From the NCBI GenBank assembly GCA_052327205.1, contig CM126204.1:155310001-155374000 (forward strand): 64,000 nt of DNA. Reading direction: 5' to 3'. Source of the stretch: Somniosus microcephalus (taxonomy: Eukaryota). The notes beneath the pieces are model-generated. The model saw only the letters and a program-made list of their open reading frames with translations. It was not told the origin of the DNA and made no database searches. Position 1 is the stretch's first letter, and every line of letters starts with the position of its first letter. A program made the translations under genes and the position numbers. This document shows positions 1 to 11,000 of this stretch, piece by piece.

Positions 1-682
1 GGGAACCATATTTTTGTGCAACTAGTACAAAGCACTAAATGTAAAGGGTTGCATTTCACTGCACTACCCAATCGGTTTAACAAGTTATTCATTGGTGTGT
101 GGAGACTAACCAAGGAATAAATCTGTTGTATAAAATATTGAGTTCAGGTAAAATGCACAAGTCAATAAATTAGTATTTTCAAATGGATGTAGAAAGCCAC
201 ATTTGGGTAATTTTGACTTTTGACTTCAATGGAAATAAAAATCAGGAGAGATATACACAACGGGCTTCCAATTCGCTATCAGTCAAAATTACCCCAGTAT
301 CTGTAAACAGGCAGTGTTGATATCTACCTAAAGACTACACCTAAAAAGAAGCCATTTACCCATGTTTACCAAAAATCCAATTAAAACAACATTTGTGCAA
401 GTGACAATTGGCTTAAATAACAGATATTTCCCCTCCCTCACTAGTCCCACACCCTACACCAGAGAGAGCTGGACAAGATGGCCTGCTCCCACCCAGCTAC
501 TAGAAAGTACAAACTGCCTGGTGAAAACTTCTTATTTTTGAGGGAAGGCACCTGACTTCCACTAGGCACTGCCTATGCAGGAATTCATTCCATCGGCCCT
601 AATGCTGGTGCCCTCATGTTATTCCACCTCCCATACTGGCAATGTTCCTGAAAGCTAAGATCAGCACACTAATAGGAAAAAG

Positions 683-688
683 TTTATT
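683..688 (-). promoter_or_regulatory. Possible XRN2 polyadenylation signal (AATAAA)
   Basis: tttatt on + strand about 1.15 kb downstream of the stop codon; usage not verifiable from sequence. Confidence 0.25.
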
Positions 689-846
689 CCTCATCAAAAT
701 AATGAAACATGGTCAAATATTTTTCAACTCAACAAATTGTTGTTGTCTGTATGTAGCGATCTGCTCATTCATGTTTTCAGTTAAGTATCTGGATACTGAT
801 CAAACTAACTTGAGTCTGATGACTTGATAGGATGTTAGAAAATATA

Positions 847-1004
847 TGGGTAGATTTTAACTTTTGCCGCCGGCGGTGGTTGTGGATCACCCACCCGTTA
901 TACACCCAGACAGGTTTTCCTTTCCATTGACTTCATGTATAAAGGACTGCCGATCCACTAGTGGCAGTTTTTCCACTGGTGATGAAACTTAAAATCTACT
1001 CCAT
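847..1004. mobile_element. Short TIR element (related shorter copy at about 204-296)
   Basis: atgggtagattttaa...ttaaaatctactccat; shares ccattgacttca with the reverse complement of 204-296. Confidence 0.5.
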
Positions 1005-1827
1005 CATCTCAAAATTTCTTCAAGCCAAGGCACATTATTCAATGCTTATTTATCTACTTAAACCCACCAGAGGAAGTGCAGTTGTACTCAAAAGCAGAAG
1101 AAAAATAAATAAATCGCACAACTACAGTAACTGAACAAAAAGAATTTGATGGTATTTCTGCACTAAAAACGGACGTAGTGTATCAACAGCTTCCCAATGT
1201 TGCCAGTAATCAAATATTTATAAAAATATGAAGGTCATGAAATATGTTCCTAGAAGTATACAGCTTTCAAGAAATCGATACTAACAACCAAAGTAGGTTT
1301 CAAAAATGGAAAAATCCCCACATTTGAAACATACTATTTAAAAAGCTTTTCTTTTAAGACATGTACAAATGCGATTACATTTGTATCGCAGATGAATTAG
1401 CTTCAAGAAAATTATAGAAAGAAAAACATGAAACAGAGAGGAATAGTAAACCAAAAATGGTAAAGCATTTACTAAAGATCACTTCTGATGTACAGTGTAC
1501 AGGAATAAAAACTCAATTGGTTTACCAATTTTACGAGGCGTACTAATCCATTATGATGTTAACAATTAAACTTGGCTGTATAGATTCTGCAATATATTTA
1601 CCACGCCCCGTCTTGACAGTTTAAAAAAAATGGAAACTGCAGAATCCATTTTACAGCAAGTGAAACATGAAGCACAAAAATACATAAACAAGTATTATAG
1701 TTTCACATTAAAAACTAGGTCAAGCACTCTTTACAGGTATTATGGTTAAAATTCAGCTTGGATGTATGCTGATCAATTAACTGGACCCTGTAAGGCACAG
1801 CTTGTGTTGCAGAGCCAAGTAGCGCTT

Positions 1828-1887
1828 TTAATTCCAGCTGTATCTTCCAGAATCTGGTGGCAATGGGTACTGTCTCCCAGAATACCC
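1828..1887 (-). CDS. XRN2: XRN2 last coding exon (GYSGRQYPLPPDSGRYSWN*)
   Basis: tttttcag acceptor, TAA at 1828-1830; resembles the human C-terminus YPLPPPSGRYNWN. Confidence 0.95.
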   Translation of the reverse strand, partial: GYSGRQYPLPPDSGRYSWN

Positions 1888-2210
1888 CTGAAAAATAAAA
1901 TGTTGCCAGACATTTTAAACCACTGTATAACCAAAGACAACAATTAGAATAAGTACATAAAAGCACAATTATGTCATTGATATTGATAGATGCAAGTCTA
2001 AGCGTGTAAGATTGTACACTGCAGTCATGTTTTGGGATTTTTTGACCATTTTTGAACAAGAAACGATTTGGAAACAAATTACATTTAAGTGGTGTGTTTT
2101 AAATTAAAGTGGGTTCATCGTTCTCCTTAAAGATGTATGCTGCAGCGCTGCAATAAAGAAGGAAATGGTGTGTCAATGAGTCAGTTATCCAAAATGGCTG
2201 GACACAAGTA

Positions 2211-2538
2211 CAGGAAACTTTGGTTTATCCGGAGGTTAACTGTCCGGAATGCTCGAGCCACCGGCAAAATTCAGGAGTCGGTTCAGTAAGTTTTTTTTCT
2301 TTTCGTTGCTTTTTTTCCCCACCAGTCAGGCTCTGCAAGGTCTAGCTAAAGCTGTTGCTTAGCTACAGAGAGGCTTGCAAGCTACAGCCAACTGTTTAGA
2401 AGCTAAGCAACAGGGTTTGTTGCCAGATACGGAGCTCAAAAGCTTCCGTATGTTTTAACATTAGCGCTGGTTTGTCCGGCAGTTTTGATGGGACGGCAAC
2501 AGCTCGGTCCCGTCGGTGCCGGATATCAAAGTTTCCTG
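2211..2538 (+). mobile_element. MITE family A, copy 1 (Tc1/mariner-pogo type)
   Basis: TA-caggaaactttg...caaagtttcctg-TA; internal sequence shared with 4 other copies. Confidence 0.88.
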
Positions 2539-5305
2539 TAATTTGTTATCTTGATTTAGAATACCAGTAGACCAACCAATCAAGATGGTATTCTTAGGTA
2601 CCCAGTATGCTGAGAATAAGCGCTTTGGAAGGAGGTAGTCAGTTTGGTTGACAGGTTTACTGGCGAATCCCTGAATAGTGAAGAATCATGGGGAGGGGAG
2701 AGAAGACAGCCTCCCCACTTCCTATGAACAGAGAAAAAGGGCTGAGGGGGTCCAGCAGTCTAATTAGGTCTGGGCCAATGAGAGAAAACCCTCTCATCTT
2801 AAGCCCAGGGCCAGTCAGAACCAAAAGGTGGCTCAGGAAAAGTTCAGTTAGCCCAAGAACGTGTGGAAGTGTGGCGCGGTTTAAAAAAAAATTACAGGGA
2901 GGCATTTGAAGTTAAGTGAAGTCAGTTTTGATTGTAACGGTCATGCTGTAAATTCACATGCAGCCTGGAAAATAATGCAGCTTAACGATTCATGTCTGGT
3001 CTCATCTCACCACCTTGTTTCAGTTCACCTACTGAAAAATTAGAGAAGTGCATGTGTGAAATACATGATATCCAGTTCAAATTGCATGGGGGCACTAGTG
3101 TTATAATTCCCTCATCCTGATTTCACTATCTAATGATTAGATATTGGGTAGAACCGGTAGATAAGGCGTGTGGTCTGCATACAGGAGTAACCAGCACCAT
3201 TGAACCTTAGGGAATATCTAAGGCACACCCAAAATTTTAACAACCGCAGGTATTACAATAAATCCTCATCTCCAATTTGCTGAGTCAGAAGCCTTAAAAT
3301 AAAAGTCAATCTGCACACTTGGCATTCCAACACCATGACAGAAGTGCAGGACATGTGGATATTCTGAACACGGGGACCTTATATGCCTAGCTGTGTTATC
3401 ACGGAGGAAATAGGCGGCGCGGAGAGGAGCAAAGTGAGCAAAAACAAGTCAAACGAACCAACCCATTCTTGTACACTTCCCAGCAGCCAGATTAAGAGTT
3501 GCAAAGGCCCAACAGCAAATAAACAGTTTGCACATCAGCCAGGAACTACAACAAAAAGCAAACACTGCAGATGCTGGAAATCTGAAATAAAAGCAGAAAA
3601 TGCTGGTGACACGCAGGTCAGGAAGCATCTGTGAAGAGAGAAACAGAGTTAACGTTTCAGGTCGATGACCTTTTGTCAGAACTGGAAAAAAGCAGGAAAT
3701 GGAACAAATTTTTAAGCAAGGGTAGGGGCTGGGAAATGGGGGAAGAGGATGAAAGAACAAAAAGGAAGGTCTGTGATAGGATAGAAGGCAGGTTAAGAGA
3801 CATTAAGAGATATTCAAGGCGAAAGATGTCACTGACCTCATCTCCTCTGGAGATCTCTCTCTCTCTCTTCTCCTCCTCCTCTCCCCCCCCACCCCCCCCC
3901 ACAGCCACCAACCTCATAGTTCCCCACCCCGCACAGCCCGTTTCTACCTCCTTCCCAAGATCCATACAGGACTGCCCCGGTAGACCCATCGTTTCAGCCT
4001 GTTCTTGCCCCACGGAACTTCTCTTCCTATCGCGCCTCTATTTTTTCTCCTTGTCCAGTCTCTTCCCACCTACATCCGCAACTCTTCCGACGCCCTCCGC
4101 CACTAGCAGTTTCCAGGCCCCAACTGCCTCCTCTTCACTATAGACGTACAATCCCTCGACACCTCCATCCCCCACCAGGATGGCCTGAGGGCGCTCCACT
4201 TCTTCCTTGAACAGAGGCCCAACCAGTCCCCATTCACCACCACCCGCCTCCGCCTGGCTGAACTCACATTTACTCCTTTGACTCCACTCACTTCCTCCAA
4301 ATCAAAGGTGTTGCTATGGGAACCTGCATGGGTCCGAGCTATGCCTGCCTTTTCATGGGATATGTGGAACACTCTTTGTTCCAGTCCTACTCGGGTCCCC
4401 TCCCTCACCTCTTGCCGGTACATTGATGACTGTTTCAGTGCTGTTTCCTGCTCTCGCCCTGAACTAGATAATTTCATTCACTTTGCTTCCCATTTCCACC
4501 CTTCCCTCGCCTTCACATGGTCCATCTCCGACTCTTCCCTTCCCTTCCTCGACTTCTCCGTCGTCATCTCTGGGGATAGGTTATTGACCAACATTCACTA
4601 CAAGCCCACTGACTCCCACAGGTATCTGGACTACACTTCCTCCCACCCCGCCTCCTGTAAGAACTCTATTCCATTCTCCCAGTTTCTCCGTCTCCACCGC
4701 ATCTGCTCCAACGATGCCACCTTCCATACCAGTGCTTCCGACATATCTTCCTTTTTCCTTAACCGAGGATTCCCCTCTTCAGTGGTTGACACAGCCCTTG
4801 ACCGTGTCAGTTCTATCTCCTGCACTTCTGCCCTCACCCCTGCCCCTCCCTCCCAGAACCACAATAGAGTTCCCCTTGTCCTCACCTTTCACCCCACCAG
4901 CCTCCACATTCAACGCATCATCCTCCTCCATTTCTGCCACCTCCAGCGTGATCCCACCACCAAACGCATCTTCCCCTCCCCTTTCAGCAATCCGTAGGGA
5001 CCGCTCCCTCCGCGACACCCGAGTCCACTCCTCTATCGCCCCCAACACCCCTTCCCCTGGCACCTTCCCGTGCAAGCGCAGGAGATGTAATACATGCCCT
5101 TATACCTCTCCACTGTCCAGGGCCCCAAACACCCCTTCCAGGTGAAACAGTGATTTACTTGTACTTCTTGCAATTTAGTATACTATATTCACTGCTCACG
5201 ATGTGGTCTCCTCTACATTGTGTGGAGATGCCGGAGTTGGACTGGGGTGGACAAATGTAAGAAGTCACACAACACCAGGTTATAGTCCAACAGCTTTATT
5301 TGAAA

Positions 5306-5342
5306 TCACAAGCTTTCGGAGCGCTGCTCCTTCTTCAGGTGA
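5306..5342 (-). ncRNA. Minimal hammerhead ribozyme motif (mirror copy, sense to XRN2 pre-mRNA)
   Basis: Exact reverse complement of 5771-5807. Confidence 0.75.
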
Positions 5343-5770
5343 AGTGGAGAAATGCATAAAGACACAGCTTATATAGTCAGAGAATCATGTCAGATGTTTA
5401 CAGGTAACCTTTCCAACTGCCATTTATCACATCTCGGCAGAGAGATAATCACAGCAGTCAAAGGTGTGAATGGTGTCCAAACAGGTCAGTCAGGGAAACA
5501 TTACATCAAAGAACAATGAGGTGGGGTCACAAGGGGTCAAATATTGCAGATGCTGGGTCTGCATCTGCAATATTTGACCCCTTGTGACCCACCTCATTGT
5601 TCTTTGATGTAATGTTTCCCTGACTGACCTGTTTGGACACCATTCACACCTTTGACTGCTGTGATTATCTCTCTGCCGAGATGTGATAAATGGCAGTTGG
5701 AAAGGTTACCTGTAAACATCTGACATGATTCTCTGACTATATAAGCTGTGTCTTTATGCATTTCTCCACT

Positions 5771-5807
5771 TCACCTGAAGAAGGAGCAGCGCTCCGAAAG
5801 CTTGTGA
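5771..5807 (+). ncRNA. Minimal hammerhead ribozyme motif
   Basis: tcac-CTGAAGA-a-ggagc(agc)gctcc-GAAA-gc-TT-gtga: intact core, stems I and II, palindromic AAGCTT stem III. Confidence 0.75.
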
Positions 5808-7895
5808 TTTCAAATAAAGCTGTTGGACTATAACCTGGTGTTGTGTGACTTCTTACATTCCTCTACATTGGGGAGACCAAATGCAGATTGGGTGACCGCT
5901 TTGCGGAACACCTCCGTTCAGTCCGCAAGGGGGACCCCAAGCTTCCGGTCGCTCGTCACTTTAATTCACCGCTCCACTCCCACTCAGACCTCACTGTCCT
6001 CGGCCTCTTGCATTGTTCCATGGAAGCTCAGCGTAAGCTCGAGGAACAGCACCTCATCTTTCAATTAGGCACTTTACAGCCTTCTGGACTCAACATAGAG
6101 TTCAACAATTTCAGATCATAACCTGGCCCCAATCATGTATATATTTTTTTATCCACACACTTTGTTTGTGCCTCCTGTTCTTCTCTCCCACATGGCAGCT
6201 GTCTTTCATTCTGCCAGTGCAATTTACACTTCATCTAGAGCCATCCTTTGTTTCTTAACCTGTCCCATTACCATCTCCTTTCGCCTTGAATATCTTAATG
6301 TCTCTTAACCTCTCCTGCCTTCTATCCTATCACAGACCTTCCCTCTTGCTCTTTCATCCTCTCCCCCATTTCCCAGCCCCTACCCTTGCTTAAAAATCTG
6401 TTCCATTTCCTGCTTTTTTCCAGTTCTGAAAGGTCATTGACCTGAAACGTTAACTCTGTTCCTATCTTCACAGATGCTGCCTGACCTGCTACGTGTCTCC
6501 AGCATTTTCTGTTTTTATTAGCCAGGAACTACAGGTGTATGGAGAAAGAAGAGTTATCTCCTGTATAAAAAGTTTGCATGGACCTAATTGTTTAAAAGTT
6601 GTTTGCATTTAAGTGCGCTTAAATCTTTCCTTTTAACTGTTTAAACGCAACACTATTTAAACTTGTAATATGGAAGCATTTTACAATTATGGCAATTCCT
6701 AGTTCTAGTTACAATAATTGTGAACATGTGAAATAAAAGTAGTATTAAATGTATTTTTAAACATGGATAAATGGTGTGGGATCTACTAAACAATGCAACT
6801 TCACCGTTTTCCCATTTCTTCCTCTCACCTCCACTTCCAAAAAACACAAGAATACAGCTAGTTACTTTTCTTAAGTTAAATCCTAAAAGGCTATTAACAC
6901 CATCTGATGGGCAAACTACAGAATTTATATAGCATTCCACTGCTTAACTGTAGAGTGATGCAAACTAGTATTTAAAAAAAAAAAAAAATCACCTTCCAAG
7001 GTGCATTTCCTGGTAGAAATGGGAGGAATTGCATTGTAAACCTATTGATAATCAAGCCAGACTCTCTTCTAGCATAATCTATTTTGCTGGCAATCAAAAG
7101 ACATAACTATCCACACTATTTGCACAAGTATGCATGCTAACCAGAAGCATTGCTTCAATGGGTTTTCTACGGTGCTATCCGTAGATTAAGGCAAATGTTG
7201 TCGTTGTTCATCCTGTCGTCCAGGTAGCATGCTGTACACAGGAGACTGCCTCGTTAGATTTGTCACTGTAGTGGGCAGAGGAGGTCAGCTGAGTTGAGAA
7301 AGCACTTCCCTAACTTGTGAAAACCGATTTAAAAATTGCCTGGAAGGATGAGGGCCATTTAGAACATTGATCAAGGTCCTTCAGATCAGCTACGGTATAG
7401 ATCAGATTTAATGCGAAGTTTAATTACTCTGTCAATTGCAACATTTCTAGAGATGGGCTGCACAAGGTGTTGCAGTTCAGCTGCACAAGGTGTTGCAGTT
7501 CAGCATATAGCACTAAGTCTTATAGTGATGAGGAGTACAAATGCATTAAGCTTTCAAGTTCCTACACTGCTTTTTTCCTGAACAAACTAGTGCCAAAATT
7601 TAGGGCAGTTTTCTTCTTGCAACTTGTGCCCAAAATTGGATTTTGGAGGAGGGAAATAAAATAAATTGGAGAACTTGTGGGCTGTAAATCGTACACAGAA
7701 GAGAAGGGAGGCATCCATTTTTTTTTAGTATGCAAGATTTAGAAGCTGGATCTTGGACAACTTTGAATCCAGGTACTTTGTTATTTAGTTATCCAAAAGG
7801 ATCAAACATTCTTTTGAAATATTAATACAGCTTCAATTAAACACCGTAGTTAATTAAAAGAAAGCAATTATTTTAACATTGTTGTCGACTGTCAC

Positions 7896-8037
7896 CTGTC
7901 GCCCTCTACGATCATCTTGTCTCTGTTGGTACTGGCTTGGCATTCCTGATCCAAGCCTCTGTTGATTCTGCTGGAACATACCACTCTGAGACTGCATGAT
8001 ACGATTCCATGCTAACTGCTGCTCAATCCCCTGGTTT
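7896..8037 (-). CDS. XRN2: XRN2 penultimate coding exon (NQGIEQQLAWNRIMQSQSGMFQQNQQRLGSGMPSQYQQRQDDRRGRQ)
   Basis: 142 nt; WNR..Q and DDR.GRQ conserved. Confidence 0.93.
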
Positions 8038-11000
8038 CTATGAAGTAAAAAAGTTAGTTTGTTGTTACTACTTCCTTTACAATGGACTACATTCAATTGT
8101 CAAGTTCCAAACTTTATGTCCCTCCAAAGAAAAGGGGGCAGGGGAAATACAACACAACACATTTTGTGGATAACATGGGGTCCAATTGAAAAATTAGAAT
8201 TGCGTTACAGACAATCCCTGGCATCTTCTAGCAGTTAGCTACAAGTGCACTGATAGCAGACTAGTAACAAACTATGAATCTGCCTCCAATTTTATTTTGG
8301 GGGGGGGGGGGGGGGGAAGAGAATAAAGGAGGAGAAACAGCCAAATATCCCTATTAAAAAGTAGACAAAAAAAATAGCCCATTACCCCAACCCACTGGAG
8401 GGGCCTGTTCCCGGACCTCTGCCAATACCTTTCTAGCTAGCTGTTTGAAAATTTACAAGCAGTCGAGGGACATTTGCCAAACTTACGCTCCCTCCCTTCA
8501 AGGAAGGATCAGGACTCTGTTGAGTGGCTCTGCAATGGTGCAGCAGACATCAATAACTTAACACAGGGAAAAAATAAATTATACAATTAAGTCTGAACCC
8601 AGCTCCTCCCACAAGTCATATTCTTGTGCCACCTGCTAAAACTTTTCCAAGTCTATAACACTAGCATGCAATACAGAGAAATGTATACATTAACCTCTCA
8701 CATTCTAACTTGTTGGAATGATTTAAATATACTTTGTGCAATACCATGCAGCAAAACTCTTCAGTACCAATTTAGTAGAATTCAAGTAGTTGCTACAATA
8801 TATTTCAGATTTTATGTTTTCCCAAATCTTCAGTTCTCCATTTACCGATCTGGAGCATCCTAGTTAAACCATGCTTTTGAAGTTCATCTTAAACAGCTAT
8901 GTTTTCTGACACCCAAGATCAATGATGATTCATTTATACATCAACTGTGATTCATGAATATTCATATGCTGGTTTTCCAAATGTGCATATACTAAGTTTG
9001 AATGCTTTCAAGCCCACAAAATATTTTAAAGTCTAACCACACAATTAGTCCAAACCATTACATTCATTTAAATCTAAATCGATGGGCTAAAATTCATGTT
9101 TTGAGATTTAGCCTTCATAATAGTCTGATGAGAGTAGTGATTTATTCTTAAGAAGCTTTGCTCATGGTAAAACTTTATATTGTCCAGCAATTTTGCATAA
9201 AAACCCTTGGATCAACATGCCAACAACATGCATTATTTATAACTAATGAACTCGAGCCCTTTTCTGATGGCTCCAAGAAGGGAAAAACCTGTTCTGACTG
9301 AATCCAAAAAAGACGACAATTCACACAAGTAGTAAACAAATCCACCCGTAGAAGGGGGCTTTATTTTCTAAATAGCCAGACACTTTCATGAAGCCTATTC
9401 TTTCCAGTTAATTGCAGGTTGTAAATGAATTCTTGCTGCTGAGTATTTAGAATCTAGGGTAGGGCTGTGGCTGTATTTTCCCATCCATTATGCTACTCAA
9501 TATGTCAGAAGGTCTGATCGGGAAGAAACCTTTTCAAGTCCTATTGATGCAGTTTCAATTGACCGTGGTGACCTAGCAACACAAGCACTAATTGGCACAG
9601 ACTGACTGACATTTGGTGTACAGTTTATATGGGAACAAGAATCCACATCAATTATAACCCAGTGTGTCAGCCTAGATTCCCAACAGGAAGAAATATTTAA
9701 TTGTCACCATCACCCTTAAGATGGATATGAATGAACAGGTATGAAAGCACTGGAAAAGTACCAAGTCCTAAATAACTAAATTGCACCAATCTACAGTATT
9801 AAATCAGCACTCAATTTTGTCTGCAAAAATTGTACCAAAATTTCAAGACCCTTAAACCTATAGTTTTTAAATATAAGCAATTGGTTAAAACAGAGTATTT
9901 ATATCCTAGTATTTTCAGGTTATTTCAGCTTCCTCTGCTTAGTTATGAATATATAAATACACAAGCATGATCACCATTTATAAGTTTAACGTTTCTTAAG
10001 GGGTCAGAGTTGCACCCTCCTTGATAAAGATTCCCTCGTTCAGAATAAACAGCTTCCCAGATTTCAAAAAGGTGGTGCATGTAGTCGACCCTCCCCCTCC
10101 ACTTTATGGAGTTCATGCCAAGGAACCTCCCTTGTTCTCACTTCACGTACAATGATTAATAGACAAGTACTTCCTTTGAGAGAACTTAAAAGCATGGATA
10201 AAAACTACTTTTGATCAGCAAATATCAAAAGATTTTTGGAAAAACTACAATTCGCCCCACTATATTGTATTGCAACAGTAAAACTGTTCACTTTGAAAGG
10301 TAGGATACAAAAAGGTACAGCATTCATCTTGGTTCAGTAAATTCAAATTGGGCGTGTACAAAATGTTTAAACTTGTCAGTTATTGTTGTAGCTGCCACTT
10401 AAGTAGCTCCACAGAGCATTACAAGATGCAGCCAATACTTGCACGTGGTTTGTGCATTACTCAAAAAAAAGTGTACACAATACACGTGCAACACTAATAG
10501 CCTTGGATTAGTAGAGCTGGAGTTAGAGATATATATTCTAATCACTTTTCTTGACTTCAGACAGGCAGTCTCTATGTTGCAGAAACAAATTAGCTAGACA
10601 ACACCATAGAAGAATGAACAGAGCACAAGTTGGTCTTATTTTTCAAATTACGACAAGAGGAAGAAATGCATGCAACCTTCAACTGAAGATGGCTATTCTG
10701 TGTGGAAATAGAATACTGCAGAACTGTCTTGCAACCAATAACCTTCGATTTATTTATATGGGTCCTTCAAAGTAGAAATATTAACATTCAGAAACTGAAG
10801 CCACTCAAGGTGCATCAACACCCTGGAAATATTTTCAGTTAAACTTACAAAGTTAAAACAATTTCTTGTACAAAAATTTCACATCCAGGCAACATCCCTT
10901 ACAAAATCCCTTATTACAAAACCATGTCACATTCATTCTACTGCACAGTACTATTGAACTTTACAAATTCAGTAATCCTCCTCCAGGTTTCTTCTGTATT

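Larger units (their letters stand above)
5221..5858. mobile_element. Second Penelope-type insertion: palindromic inverted-pLTR element
   Basis: Arms 5254-5553 and 5561-5859 (one 1-bp indel seen), 7-nt loop, 33-nt unpaired extension at 5221-5253, 12-bp TSD tcctctacattg at 5209-5220 and 5859-5870. Confidence 0.85.
3551..6519 (+). mobile_element. Penelope-like retroelement (5'-truncated, frameshifted RT + GIY-YIG) with inverted 5' pseudo-LTR
   Basis: RT motifs KGVAMGTCMGPSYA and RYIDDCF; CKRRRCNTCP linker; VYYIHC..CGLLYIGET..RLGDRFAEH..VARHFN endonuclease; ~3586-3825 is an inverted copy of ~6278-6519; 14-bp TSD agccaggaactaca at 3537-3550 and 6520-6533. Confidence 0.92.

Noticed and set aside
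7457-7502. 23-bp tandem duplication
   Set aside because: Simple two-copy slippage with no further structure
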